Made by a program: the position numbers and the translations under genes | DNA from: Nitrospirota bacterium | Lineage (GTDB): Bacteria > Nitrospirota > UBA9217 | Length of the DNA stretch: 64,000 nucleotides | Direction: 5' to 3' | NCBI GenBank assembly: GCA_963818475.1 | Contig: CAWFSF010000006.1 | Location: 1,280,001 to 1,344,000, forward strand | The notes under the pieces: model-generated | What the model was told of the DNA's origin: nothing | The model's input: only the letters and a program-made list of their open reading frames with translations | Databases searched by the model: none | Shown: positions 31,420 to 42,896 of the stretch, piece after piece | How positions within the stretch are numbered: the stretch's first letter is position 1 | Layout: each line of letters begins with the position of its first letter

Positions 31420-34241
31420 TCATGCCGCCAACGCTCCATTCAATTCTTCAAGAATCTTATTCAGATCGCCTCCGAATATCTGATGCACCCTGCCAATTCC
31501 ACCTTCCTGAGCGAATGGCGCAAAATCGAAATCATCTATCTCAATCGCCAGATTCGCAGCAATATGATCGCGGATCATTTCGAGCCAGCGGCGTTGTTCG
31601 GGTGTGAACTTGTCTGCTTACCTGCTCTGCCATCCACTTCTCGAAATTCGCATTCACCCGCTCAGGAAACGGGACAAGTTCATCGTCCCGGTGCATGGCA
31701 AAGCGCACGAGCGATACAAGGTCCGTGAGAATATGCGGGGCGCTTGCGCCTTTGACCTTTGACTTCTCCAACGCTGCATAAGCATTCCAGAGATTATCCA
31801 CTCTCCACTGATGCGGCGGCTTCTCGATGCGGCTTGCAAGGTCTTTGATATCTTCGTACCGCAGCCGCTGCTTATACGGCATGCTGTAGAGCACCTGGAG
31901 CGCGGTGATCTCGTCCTTATGGTCTTTGATGAACTGCTCGAAGGACTGCACCAGGCCTTTTGCCTTTTCCAAAGCCTGCGCGCTGAATCCCGCCTCTATG
32001 ACCCGGTCCTTACTCACAACATCAATCGTCTGCTCGCTCTTCTTCTTGAGTTCCACAAGAAGCTTGCGAAGCTCCGGATTGTGCAGACGGCTTTACTGCT
32101 TCTTGAATCAGCTTGGCAGCCGCCTTTTGAATCTGTGCCTCGCTCGGCTCTGCCACACCGGGATTATCCAGCTTCGCCCGTTCAACATGCCGGTCCGGAT
32201 CAATGGCAGTGATGAGGCCTGCGCACAGGATCTTCAGGCTCTTGTCCGCAAGCTTCCTGATCTCTGTCTGGTCCTCGGCGCTGATCGCGTGCTCCATGCG
32301 CGCCATGCGCACGGCTATGGAGGAGATCACCTCGGGCTCGATATTCCCGAGAGAGACGGCCTGGAGCAGCTTCTCGAAGGATACGGTCCGCTTCTTCTCC
32401 ATGGGCCGCGAATCGGTCTTGTCCTGCTCGCACACGCCCACGGCATCGACGATGATGAAATGGTCCTTGGCCCTGGCATCGGGAGTGACTGCCTTCAGGT
32501 CGTCGTCATTGATCACGCGCACGCCGCGGCCCTTCATCTGCTCGAAGAAGCTCCGGGACTTGACCGAGCGCATGAAGAGCACCACTTCGAGGGGCTTGAT
32601 GTCCGTGCCGGTGGCGATCATGTCGACGGTGACGGCGATGCGCGGCATGGGGCTGGTGCGGAACTCGGCGATCAGGTCCTCCGGCTTTCTGCCGGTGGTC
32701 TTGTAGGTGATCTTCTGGCAGAAGTCATTGCCTTTGGCGAACTCCTCGCGCACGATCTTTACGATGTCCTCGGCATGGGAGTCGTCCTTGGCAAAGATGA
32801 GCGTCTTGGGCACCCAGGTCCTGCCCGGGAAGATCTCGGTCAGCACCTTGTCGCGATAGGTCCGGACCACGGTGCGTATCTGGTCAGGCGTAACAACGGC
32901 CCGGTCGAGCTGGTCAGGATCGTAGGCCAGGTCCTCGTCGAGCCGCTCCCACCGTATCTGTCGTGTCTCGCGGTCGCGCTTGTCCACGTAAAAGCCGGCC
33001 TCGACCTTTCCGCCGCCTTCGGTGATCGCGGTCTTGATGCGGTAGACGTCGTAGTTCACGTTCACGCCGTCGGCAACGGCCTGCTCGTGGCCGTACTCCA
33101 TCACGAGGTTCTGATGGAAGAACCCGAAGGTCTGCTTGTTCGGCGTGGCGGTCAGGCCGATGATCGAGGCGTCGAAGTATTCGAGCACCTGGCGCCAGAG
33201 GTTGTAGATGGAGCGGTGGCATTCGTCGGTCACGATGATGTCGAAGGTCTCGATGGGTATGGCGGGATTGTATTCCAGGGGCGGGACTTCCTTGTAAACC
33301 GTTTCCAGTCCCTGCGCGGACTCCTCGTCCGCCTTCTTCGGGCAGATGCCTCGCCTTTGAGCATGGAGTAGAGCCGCTGTATCGTGCAGATGCAGACCCG
33401 GGCGGTGGTATCGAGCGTATTGGACGTGAGGCGCTGGGCGATGTACTCTTCGGTGAACTTGAAGTTGTTGTAGGGCGAGAGTGTACTGCTGGAATTCCTT
33501 CAAGGCCTGCCTGCCGAGATTGCCCCGGTCAACGAGGAACAGGACCCGCTTTGCCCCGCCGAACTTGATCAACCGGTACAGGAAGGTTATGGCAGTGAAG
33601 GTCTTGCCGCTTCCGGTCGCCATCTGGATGAGCGCGCGGGGACGGTTCTCGGCAAGCGACTTTTCGAGGTTCTTGATCGCGACTGATCTGCGCGGGCCAG
33701 AGCCCGTCTTCGATCAGGGGCGGCATCTGACGGATGCGGGAGTTGAGCGTCGGCTGTTTGCCGTAAAGATGTTTTTCAGCAGCCATGTTCCGTAGGGGCG
33801 AACGGCCGTTCGCCCGTACTAGCAAGCCAATCAGCAAAGGTTTCAGGCTTATGAAAGAAGAATACCTGGCGGGAACAAGGCTCGGGATCGAAGCCGTTCG
33901 TGAACCTGGTTTCGATGCCTGTTGATTGATAACAGAACGGAAGCGGACGGGTCCATGCAGGAAGGCCGTCAGGCAATCCTTTGCTGTATTTCGCGGACTG
34001 GATCTCAACGCCGGTGAGCGTGGCGCCGGCCTTCTTTGCTTCGATCACCCCGGCTGCCTTGCCGTCGACATAGAGCAGATAGTCGGCAGTACCGTAGCCG
34101 GACTTCAGCTCGAACTCGCGGATAGCCACGCCCTGTTTCGCGTACAGGTTGACCGCCTTCGCGTCCTGAACAGCCCACCCTGCCTGATACCAGCATCCGG
34201 TCGATCTGTTCACGGGCTATGTCTTCGGGGCCGAGGGGCAT
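31420..34241 (-). CDS. hsdR: Type I R-M restriction subunit, EcoEI-like C-terminus (frameshifted)
   Basis: ADYLL..VIEAKK nuclease, MATGSGKT, DECHRS, GLTATP, QMKGRG; C-terminal WLEMIRDHI...ELNGALAA. Confidence 0.95.
33792..33819 (+). repeat. GTAG-type REP palindrome inside hsdR
   Basis: GTAGGGGCGAACGGCCGTTCGCCCGTAC: GTAG foot plus GGGCGAACGG/CCGTTCGCCC stem. Confidence 0.7.
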
Positions 34242-34347
34242 CCATTCTTCCTTAACTGACATTGTGCATAAAAGCGTTTTTCATAGACGAAGTTACAGGA
34301 AATAGGCGCAAAAGGCAAGGTTCTTGATGGGCTAATTATGGGGTAGT

Positions 34348-34451
34348 GGGTCAGGGGTCAGGGGTGCAGGGGTGCAGGGTGCAGGGGTGCAGGGGTGCAG
34401 GGGTGCAGGGGTGCAGGGGTGCAGGGGTGCAGGGTTCAGGGTTCAGGGGTC
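34348..34451 (+). repeat. G-rich 7-8-bp tandem repeat (GGGGTGCA)n
   Basis: About 13 units of GGGGTGCA/GGGGTCA/GGGTTCA. Confidence 0.9.
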
Positions 34452-34469
34452 GTCGGTTCCCAAAAAAGG

Positions 34470-34503
34470 AAAAGCCCGTGAATCATATGATTCACGGGCT
34501 TTT
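34470..34503. terminator. Palindromic terminator downstream of tRNA-Pro
   Basis: AAAAGCCCGTGAATCAT-ATGATTCACGGGCTTTT perfect inverted repeat. Confidence 0.85.
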
Positions 34504-34508
34504 TATTA

Positions 34509-34585
34509 TGGTCGGGGCGAGCCGATTTGAACGGCCGACCACTCGCACCCCAAGCGAGTACGCTACCAGGCTGCGCCACGCCCCG
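34509..34585 (-). tRNA. tRNA-Pro(GGG)
   Basis: CGGGGCGTGGCGCAGCCTGGTAGCG..CTCGC-TTGGGGT-GCGAG..GTTCAAATC..CGCCCCGACCA; 77 nt with encoded CCA. Confidence 0.97.
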
Positions 34586-34642
34586 ATGTAAAACACAGAG
34601 GATTTACTGCGAAACGGTAAAAGTGAATCAGAATGATCTGTA

Positions 34643-34969
34643 CTATTTCAGGATATCCAGGATCTCTCGTAATTCTTTCTTTGCCGTGTCTATGATGCTG
34701 TCGAGATCCTGTCCTGCCCTGCTGCTCAGTTTTTTCCTTGCTCCGGCGATCGTGTATCCTTCGCTATAGAGCATTTGCTTGATGTGAAGGATGCGGTCGA
34801 TGTCTTCTTTTTTATATACCCGCTGCTCGGACCGGCCTTTTTCCGGCTTAAGCTGGGGAAATTCGGTTTCCCAGTATCGCAGGACATAGGGTTCCAAACC
34901 GGTAAGCCGGCTGACCTCACCGATCCGGTAGAAAAGCTTATTCGGCAGCTGCCGGGGCTTCGATGACAT
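34643..34969 (-). CDS. MerR-family transcriptional regulator
   Basis: [25 protein letters not shown]; usual position between ihfA and tRNA-Pro. Confidence 0.92.
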   Translation of the reverse strand: MSSKPRQLPNKLFYRIGEVSRLTGLEPYVLRYWETEFPQLKPEKGRSEQRVYKKEDIDRILHIKQMLYSEGYTIAGARKKLSSRAGQDLDSIIDTAKKELREILDILK

Positions 34970-35232
34970 GCTCTTTAAAGATCATGCTGGGCCTGAAACT
35001 GACGACTTTTCTCGGAGTGATCTCGATCTCCTGCCCCGTCTTGGGATTGCGGCCTTTGCGGGAATTTTTGCTTCCGCACCACGAAATTCCCGAACCCGGA
35101 AAGTTTCACGGTCTCCCCCTGTTTCAAGGCCTGCTTGATAGTATCCAGAATCATCTCGACCATTTCTTCGGCGTCCTGCTTTGGCAGGCCGACTTTGTCA
35201 AACACTTCTGAGATGATGTCCGCCTTCGTCAT
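34938..35232 (-). CDS. ihfA: Integration host factor alpha (frameshifted)
   Basis: [15 protein letters not shown], then [23 protein letters not shown] in the shifted frame. Confidence 0.9.
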
Positions 35233-35255
35233 AGGCACCTCCTCTGGAAGTGCAT

Positions 35256-35284
35256 AATATAGATAATAACCAATTCAAAGTCAA
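35256..35284 (-). promoter_or_regulatory. Putative sigma70 promoter of ihfA
   Basis: TTGACT-N17-TATATT. Confidence 0.5.
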
Positions 35285-35491
35285 GGCAAATGTATATCAA
35301 ATGTATCAATATATCAAAAAAATGAATAGCAGGTGCATATCCGGATATTCGTCGCCTTCCGGTACGGCTGAGAGATCAAAAGTCATGAGCGCGATGACAT
35401 CGCCCCACTCCTGTTGCCGTCGTAAATCCGCTTTCCGTGACTTGTTATTTATGTTTGAAAACCAAGGGAGTCTGCTATAATAACCGCCGAT

Positions 35492-37317
35492 ATGATCAGG
35501 GAAATCAAACTCAGCGGCAAAGCAAATGACGTGGTAGATTACTACGTTACGATCACGGGCGAGGACCTCAGCAACCGGTATTTTTTCGAGTCCCTTCCCG
35601 AAGGGGACCGTTTTTTCTCCGGCGGCAACGAGTTCATCATCTCCGCCTGACGGCGTCCGCTACCTGGGGACCGGCGGCAGCGTTTGCGAATACATGTTCG
35701 GCGTCGACCTGCCGCTCAAGGACCTGCTGCGAAAGGACGTGTCGAACCGTCTCGTGATGTACGGTGCCTTCTACGACACCGGAGAAAACATCACCTTCTC
35801 GAACACGACGGCCGGAAAAGAGTCCTTTGACCAGGTTTTCCTTACGGGCAATGCGGTCTCGAACTATTACTTTTTCGTTCATTCTTCGCAAAAAGCAGAC
35901 ATCCGGGACCAGCAGCGCGATATCCTCAAAAGCATCGGCAAAAGCGTAAAGCGGAGCGATATGGTCGGCGCCAGCAGATGACTCCGGGTTCTGCCGCGAG
36001 ATCTTTGACGCACTCGGCGATCCCACGTGCGCTCACGTTCCTTTTCCGGTTCGTGAACCGGCATAACGAAGAATATATCCAGACGTTCAACCGGCTGCAC
36101 CTGGAGCAGAAAACGCTCACCCCTGCCGCCAGTGCGATCCTTGACGATCTCGCAAAGAAGCACAACATCATCCCCTACCAGCAGGAACGCATCAAGATCG
36201 ACGGAATGTACAAGCTTCCGGAGAACAAGAAGATCGTCGACGAATACAAGGACATCCTGATCGCCGTGTCGGAGAAGGGCGAAGTGAACCCCTCGGAGCT
36301 GGCAAAACTCTCGAGGCTCCGGACCCTGAGCCTCCGGCTCAATATCCCCCATACGCTCTTTGACACGCTCGACGAACGGCTGCTCAAGGACATGAACATC
36401 GTCGAGGTGGAGGAGCCGGACTACATCCGGGAGACGCGCGCGATCTTCGAAGGACTGTTCTTCCGGGCGGACAAGATACGCGGCCACATTTCCCATGAGG
36501 ACCTCATCAAACTGCTGAAGGCCAAGGAAAAATCCGTCCAATCACCGCGACCCGGCCTTTGAAAGCCTGCTCCTGGACACCGTGCGGGCCTGCGACGAGC
36601 ACGCCCGGGACACCAACGACACGGCAGTGCTTGAGTCCATGAGCAACGTTCTCACCTATTTCGACCGCTACGACAGCGCAGCGACCACGATCAACAACCT
36701 TGCGTTCATGGAGAACTCGACCCTGACCGAGGGCAACATCAGGAGCCTCTACGGCAACAAGGAGATCTTCGACGCGATCAACCCGGATATTTTCCGGGAG
36801 CTGTTCATTGAAAGCGTCAGGAGCAACCGCTACCTGACGCGGTACGGCCGCAAGAAGATCGACAAACTGTTCAGCGGCCTGCTCCAGATCAAATCAGGAG
36901 ACAGCACCTATCGTGAACTGGCCACCGACCATCCAGAGGATCCGTGAGGACGAACGCCTGTACGCTCTCATCCACCGCTACGTCAAGGACCGTTTCAAGA
37001 GCATCTATGCCGAACTGAACTCGAAGGAGGACCAGGAGATCTTCATCCAGGACCTGAACCGCGAGATACAGGCCAAAGGCATCGTCCAGGGCCCCGTGCC
37101 CCATGAGGTGTTCGAGGAGATCATCCTTGATTTCAGGAAGGAATCGTTCTATCTCAACAACCTCCTGCCGCACATCATCGTTTCCCGGGACAGCCAGGTG
37201 CGCGAGGATTTCCTCATGAACAGCGGCCTTGACCGCTTCTATGTCGAAGAGCTTGAAAAGGACTACTTTGGAATGAACCGGATCGAGCAGCGCATACTCG
37301 AAGAGATCAGAAAATAG
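35492..37317 (+). CDS. Conserved ~600-aa protein, probably TIGR04442 family (several frameshifts)
   Basis: MIREIKLSG...RFFSGGNEF...EYMFGVDLPLKD...YQQERIKID...REDFLMNSGLDRFYVEELE. Family assignment is from recall, not a search. Confidence 0.6.
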
Positions 37318-37319
37318 CC

Positions 37320-38493
37320 ATGTTCAAGATCAAAGTTCTGGACCGCTACATATTCGAAGAGCTCCTTCCGCCCTTCTTCCTCAGCATGTTCATCGATCAC
37401 GCTCGTGCTGTTCATCCAGAAGATGTTCAGACTGGCGGAACTGGTGATATCCAAGGGCGTCACGATCACGGCCACGCTCAAGCTGCTGGCCTTTATCCTG
37501 CCGGGTTTCCTCGTCATCACCATTCCGATGTCCGCACTCGTAGCGTCGATCACCGCATTTTCCCGGCTTTCATCGGACTCCGAGATCACGGCCATGAAAA
37601 CCTCTCGCGTCAGCCTTTACCGCATGCTCCGGCCCGTGGCCCTTTTTGCGTTCCTTGCCTTCTGCGCCACGGCGCTCACCTCGCTCGTCCTGCTGCCCGC
37701 GGCAAATACGGCGCTGAAGGCCCACCTGTTCAACATGGTAAAATCCCAGGCCATGGTCGGCATCGAGGCAGGGGTGTTCAGCAGTGCTTTCGACGGAATG
37801 GTCATTTATGTGGACAAGATGGAATCGCTCGACAAGATGGAGGGCATCTTCATCTCGGACGAGCGTTCGGCAAAAGACCCCTACTCCATCGTGGCCAAGC
37901 GGGGAAAGCTGATCACCGACCCGCAGTCCTTCAAGGTCACCCTCGCCATGGAAGAAGGGGCCATCTATTCCATGCCGCGCGATGAAGGCAAATACCATCT
38001 CACCTCATTCGCCGCAGGCAATATTTTCCTCGACCTTAACCGTTCCCTGCTGCCGGCGGCCCCGGCCACGGATTACCGGGACGCATCCATCCAGACACTG
38101 CTCACTGACATCAGGGCACTTCGCGCCCAGGGCAAGCCGACTTTTCGTCTCGAAAGCGAACTCCATATGCGGTTGTCCATCCCCGTGGCCTGCCTGATCT
38201 TCGGCATCATCGGCGCCCCCCTCGGCATCCGCAGAGCGCGCTCCGGAAGATCTGCCGGGATCGCGATCGCCCTTGCAGTTTTTTTTCTCTACTATGTATT
38301 GATCGGTACCAGCAAGAACCTGGCCGAGACCGGTTTACTGTCGCCGGCTGCTGCATACTGGATCCCGAATGCGATCATGATCACGGGTTCAGTCATGATG
38401 CTCCATATCAGGAACAATGAGATCAACCTTGGCATCATTGACCGCTTCGTCCATTTTTATTCCCGGCTTCGCAAACAGCGGACCATGCCCTGA
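37320..38493 (+). CDS. lptF: LPS export ABC permease LptF (frameshift near 37393)
   Basis: LDRYIFEE, SRLSSDSEITAMK, ELHMRLSIP, WIPN. Confidence 0.9.
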
Positions 38494-38520
38494 TCCGGAA
38501 GGAACGGTACCGAAACCATT

Positions 38521-39607
38521 ATGAACATACTCAGCCGTTACATACTCAGGGAATTCTTCCGATTCTTCGCTACAGCGCTGAGCGGCATATCCATTGTCTA
38601 TCTCTGTGTCGAATTTCCTTCAAAAAGCCGACGATTTCATCCGTTTCAAGGCTACGATCTCGCAAGTTGTCCGGTATTTTCTCTACAATCTGCCGTCGAT
38701 CATCACCCCGTCCATACCGATCGCGGCACTGATCGCCACACTCCTGTCGCTCGGCGCCCTGTCGCGCCACAACGAGATCATCGCCATGCGGTCCAGCGGG
38801 ATCAGCCTCGGCCGCATCGTGTTGCCGGTGCTCGCCGGCGGCCTCCTGATCTCGGCCATCGGCTTCCTCAATAATGAGCTCATCATGCCGACCTACGCCG
38901 CCAAAGCCAACTATATCCGCAAGGTGGAGATCGAAGAAAAAGCAACAGCTCGTCATGTTCAGGCGCAATAAGCTCTGGCTGCGCGGTCCGGACAACAGCA
39001 TCGCGAACATCGCCTTCGTCTCACCGGACCGCAACGAGATGTTCGGCCTGAATATCTTCAAGCTCGACAGTGATTTCACCGTGCGGAAAGGATCCAGGCC
39101 GACAGACTGGTGTGGGAAAACGATGCCTGGCGGCTGCAGCAGAGCATTGTCTATAAACAGACCGGCGATACTGCTATTGCCCGCCCGGCTGACGGCGAGA
39201 TATACAACATCGTGGATACCCCCGCGGATCTCGGCATGATCGTCAAAAAATCCGAAGAAATGAGCTTTGCCGAACTCTGGGACTATGTGCGCCGCATTAA
39301 AAACAGCGGCTACAATGCAATGCGCGAAGAAATGGCGCTGTACGGCAAGATCTCATTCCCTTTTTCGAGCCTGCTCATGGTCATGCTCGCCACGCCGCTC
39401 TCCCTGCAGCGGGTGCGGAGCGGCGGCGCCGGCAAAGGAATAGCGATCGCCGTCTTCATCTCGTTCGCCTACTGGGGGCTGCTCAGCATCGGAACCGCAC
39501 TGGGCAGGTCCGGCGCCGTGCCGCCGCTGATCGCTTCGTGGCTCGCGAATGCGCTGTTCTCGCTCTATGCCTGCGTGATGATGGTCCGCATGCACCGCAA
39601 TTCCTGA
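38521..39607 (+). CDS. lptG: LPS export ABC permease LptG (frameshifted)
   Basis: ILSRYILREF, LSRHNEIIAMRSSGIS, EEMSFAEL, ASWLAN. Confidence 0.9.
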
Positions 39608-39659
39608 TGGATACTGAGCTGCTCGGCCGATTCCTGCTTGATGAACCTGCTCTAGCCCG

Positions 39660-40340
39660 ATGATGAAAAAGACCCTCAGCATACTGTTCGGCATCGCCCT
39701 GGTGCCCTTCTGCATCGGCTTTACCTGGCAGCTCGGCATGACCGTGTCCGGCATTCGATACAGGCCCGACCTCCCCTACTTCTTTGCAGCAGGATCACTG
39801 GTCTATATAACGCTCCACGTGCTGTTCAGAAAACCGATCCTGACCTATGTCTTCGGCCATGAACTTACCCATGCCCTTTTCGCCGTGCTCTTTGGCGGTT
39901 CGGTCAAATCGTTCCATGCCAGCGAACGGGGCGGCCGTGTCACGATCACGAAATCCAACGTCATTATCACCCTGGCGCCGTATTTTTTTCCGTTGTACAC
40001 GTTCATAGCGCTCCTTCTGTACGGCACGGCTGTTGCGGCAGGACTGCAGGGGGCGGTGGGCTGGACCGTCTTTCTCGCCGGCGCGACCTTCGCATTTCAT
40101 CTGGTGCTTACTGCCGTCTTTCTGCAGACCGAACAGAGTGACGTCAGTGAATACGGGACGATCTTCTCCTTCCCGCTCATCTATCTTTTTAATGTGGCCT
40201 TCACCGCACTTCTCGTCCGGCTGCTTTTGGCAGAGAACATGGAGTACCTCCTTTTCCTCAGCGGTGGTATAATGAAGGGCATTAACGTGTCCGTGCTCAT
40301 CGCAGGCAAGATCTACCGCATGGCCGGGAACGTCATCTGA
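39660..40340 (+). CDS. Membrane protein, peptidase M50B-like
   Basis: Multiple TM segments, GHELTH (HExxH), ITLAPYFFP. Confidence 0.65.
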   Translation: MMKKTLSILFGIALVPFCIGFTWQLGMTVSGIRYRPDLPYFFAAGSLVYITLHVLFRKPILTYVFGHELTHALFAVLFGGSVKSFHASERGGRVTITKSNVIITLAPYFFPLYTFIALLLYGTAVAAGLQGAVGWTVFLAGATFAFHLVLTAVFLQTEQSDVSEYGTIFSFPLIYLFNVAFTALLVRLLLAENMEYLLFLSGGIMKGINVSVLIAGKIYRMAGNVI

Positions 40341-40489
40341 TCCGCGCAAAAGGGACCATGAACAGATTTGACAGGATAACCGGATTTACAGATTGCATGG
40401 ATCAAACGTTTTTTTTACAGATTTTATCCTGTTCTCCTGGCGCTGTTTTTTTTGTCCGATAAAGGACAACTGTTTATGAAAGGAACGCC

Positions 40490-41104
40490 ATGCTCATCGT
40501 TGGGCTGACCGGCGGGATCGCGAGCGGGAAAAGCCTTGTTGCCCGCGTGTTCAAGGATCTTGGCGCGACCGTCATTGACGCGGACAGGATCGTCCATGAG
40601 CTGCTGGAGCCGGACCAGGACGCCTGGAAAGAGATCATCCAGTACTTCGGCAGGGATGTTGAGCGGACCGACAGGACCATCGACCGGCGTAAACTCGGCG
40701 CCATCGTCTTCAGCGACCGGGAAAAACGCGCCTGGCTCAACGCCTGCCTCCACCCCCGGGTTTTCTCGGTGTACACCACCCAGGTGGCCCACCTCAGGAT
40801 GCGGGCGCCCGACGCGCTCCTGATTTTCGATGCCGCCCTGCTCATTGAATCCGGATATCACCGGAATATGGACCGGCTCATCGTTGTGTACGCGGAAACG
40901 GAACAACAGGCTGAGCGGCTAATGGCACGCGACGGCTTCACCCGTGAAGAAGCGCTTTTAAGAATTGCAAGCCAGATGCCGCTGAGTGAAAAGCGGATGT
41001 TCGCCGATCATGTTATCGACAACAGCGGGAGCCGTGAGGAGACCGAACGACAGGCGAGGGAACTCTTTGAACAGTTGAAAAACGAAGCGAAAGGGCGTGC
41101 GTGA
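40490..41104 (+). CDS. coaE: Dephospho-CoA kinase
   Basis: VGLTGGIASGKS, IDAD, LHP, RIASQM. Confidence 0.96.
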   Translation: MLIVGLTGGIASGKSLVARVFKDLGATVIDADRIVHELLEPDQDAWKEIIQYFGRDVERTDRTIDRRKLGAIVFSDREKRAWLNACLHPRVFSVYTTQVAHLRMRAPDALLIFDAALLIESGYHRNMDRLIVVYAETEQQAERLMARDGFTREEALLRIASQMPLSEKRMFADHVIDNSGSREETERQARELFEQLKNEAKGRA

Positions 41105-41649
41105 GTCCTGCTCTGACCATCATACCGATGAAGCGCTGCCATATCAAGGCGTGCGACGATATTGTAGCTGCATCAGAACCCTGGAAGACCCTTCGGGAAA
41201 AGGTCGATTTCGGACACGCCATCACCCGTGAACAGGCCCATGTCTGCATCCGGCGGGCGGGCGGCGCGATCGAGGTCGCCGGGTTCATTCTCTTTACGGC
41301 AGAACCTGTTTTTGCCCGGGGTGGCTATCTCCGCGCCGTGGGTGTTGCCCCGTCCCTGCGCGGTCAGGGCATCGGCGGCAAGCTGCTGGCATTCGCCGAG
41401 AAGGCGGTGTCCCGGCAGGCGCAGTACTTCTACCTGTGCGTCTCTTCCTTCAATCGAAAGGGACAAGCCTTTTACAGGAAACGGGGATATACGAGGGTCG
41501 GGACCCTTCCCGGCCTGACGTCGCCCGATACTTCGGAATATATTTACTGGAAACAGCTCGACCATACACGGAAAAGGAGAATGGAAGTCCCCGCCGGCGC
41601 AGCCACGCTTAAGCAGCGCAAGACGCGGCAGGGGCCAGCGACACCATGA
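41101..41649 (+). CDS. GNAT N-acetyltransferase
   Basis: VAPSLRGQGIGGKLL, N..GQAFYRKRGY. Confidence 0.9.
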   Translation: MSPALTIIPMKRCHIKACDDIVAASEPWKTLREKVDFGHAITREQAHVCIRRAGGAIEVAGFILFTAEPVFARGGYLRAVGVAPSLRGQGIGGKLLAFAEKAVSRQAQYFYLCVSSFNRKGQAFYRKRGYTRVGTLPGLTSPDTSEYIYWKQLDHTRKRRMEVPAGAATLKQRKTRQGPATP

Positions 41650-42317
41650 AAAACATCAAACAGATAGAGCTGTTCAAGAACCTCACCGACGATGAAATGA
41701 AGGAGATGGCCCCTTACCTCGTCACGGCGCAGTACAAGAAGAAGGAAACGATCTTTTCCGAGGGAGAACCTCCGGAGTGGTTTTACATTGTCCTGAGCGG
41801 CAAGGTGAAGATCACCAAGCTGTCCCATGAGGGCAAGGAGATCATTCTCGAGATCATATCGCCCCATGACATCTTCGGCGGCGTGGCGGTGATCCGAGGG
41901 TTCGCCTACCCCGGCAATGCCGTTGCCATGGAAGACAGCGAAGTCCTGAAGATCTCCCGAAAGAACCTGATGCGCCTGGTGGACCGGTTCCCGAACCTCA
42001 TGTACTTCATCGCGCTCCAGCTCGGCGACCGGATGAAAAGCTCCTATGATTCCCTGAAGAACATCGCCCTTGAGCGCGTCGAAGCGCGCATCGCGGCATT
42101 GCTGCTGAAACTCGCGAACAAGATCGGCGTCGAGACCGACGAGGGCACCCTGATCGATATGCGCCTGACGAAGCAGGACGTGGCCGACATGGTCGGCACC
42201 ACGGTCGAGACCTCGATCCGGACGTTCAGCAAGTTCAAGAAAGATGGCCTGGTGTCGGACAGTGACGGCAAGTTCGTGATCAAGGACCCCGAAGGGCTCG
42301 CTGAGCTGTCGTCCTGA
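41646..42317 (+). CDS. Crp/Fnr-family regulator (HcpR/Dnr-like)
   Basis: cNMP-binding fold plus HTH LTKQDVADMVGTTVETSIR; no FNR Cys cluster. Confidence 0.92.
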   Translation: MKNIKQIELFKNLTDDEMKEMAPYLVTAQYKKKETIFSEGEPPEWFYIVLSGKVKITKLSHEGKEIILEIISPHDIFGGVAVIRGFAYPGNAVAMEDSEVLKISRKNLMRLVDRFPNLMYFIALQLGDRMKSSYDSLKNIALERVEARIAALLLKLANKIGVETDEGTLIDMRLTKQDVADMVGTTVETSIRTFSKFKKDGLVSDSDGKFVIKDPEGLAELSS

Positions 42318-42422
42318 AGCAAAAAGTCGGCAGGACGTTATCCGCCCTTAGTCCGACGCTAATCCGATTCTTCCGTGCTCCAAGGTTTTTTAGGATAATC
42401 GCGTTGTTGTCTACGTTGTCTT

Positions 42423-42836
42423 CTAATGCGGCTGCTCGACCTTGGTCAAAAGCGTCATGAGCATATTATAGAAGAAGAGGAACACGGTGACCGCCTCGAC
42501 AACTCCCGACACGACGGTGATCGTCATATATGTGCCTGAGGGGGAGTAGACGTTCAGCGTATAGAACACCAGCATGGCGATCAGCGCGATGTTCGCAAGA
42601 TAGAACTGCACCTCGCCGATCCTGTTGCTGTAGAGCGGCCGGCCCATGAAGCGCGGCAGGATATGGTAGCCCACGCCGTAGATCATCATCGAGACCCATC
42701 CCAGCATGTTCAGATGGGAATGCACGAACTTGAGCGCCATCAGGTCCTGATGACCCAGCATGAAGAGGCCCAAAATCGTCGACACTCCGAGATATACAAT
42801 GCTCATTACGATAAAACCCTTCACGAACCTGTCCAT
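42423..42836 (-). CDS. Small 4-TM protein resembling part of heme-copper oxidase (cbb3) subunit I
   Basis: HSHLNMLGWVSMMIYGVGYHILPRF motif; GAGGAGG RBS. Confidence 0.7.
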   Translation of the reverse strand: MDRFVKGFIVMSIVYLGVSTILGLFMLGHQDLMALKFVHSHLNMLGWVSMMIYGVGYHILPRFMGRPLYSNRIGEVQFYLANIALIAMLVFYTLNVYSPSGTYMTITVVSGVVEAVTVFLFFYNMLMTLLTKVEQPH

Positions 42837-42896
42837 AGTAGATCCTCCTCTTAAAATGAATTATGGCCCATAGTATATCAGATAACCCTTTTCTGC

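Noticed and set aside
31905-33371. Long plus-strand ORF (488 aa) and similar shadow ORFs such as 58893-59885 and 29331-30191
   Set aside because: Antisense to well-supported genes; expected from GC-rich codon bias.
21600-34585. Prophage or ICE integrated at tRNA-Pro
   Set aside because: No integrase, phage or conjugation genes, and no duplicated tRNA 3' end seen.
34346-34591. 81-aa ORF with repeated QGCRGAGV, or a CRISPR-like array
   Set aside because: Translation of an 8-bp tandem repeat running antisense into the tRNA; no spacers and no cas genes.
35295-35317. Three TATCAA repeats upstream of ihfA as IHF autoregulatory sites
   Set aside because: They match only the WATCAA core without the TTR element, in an AT-rich tract.
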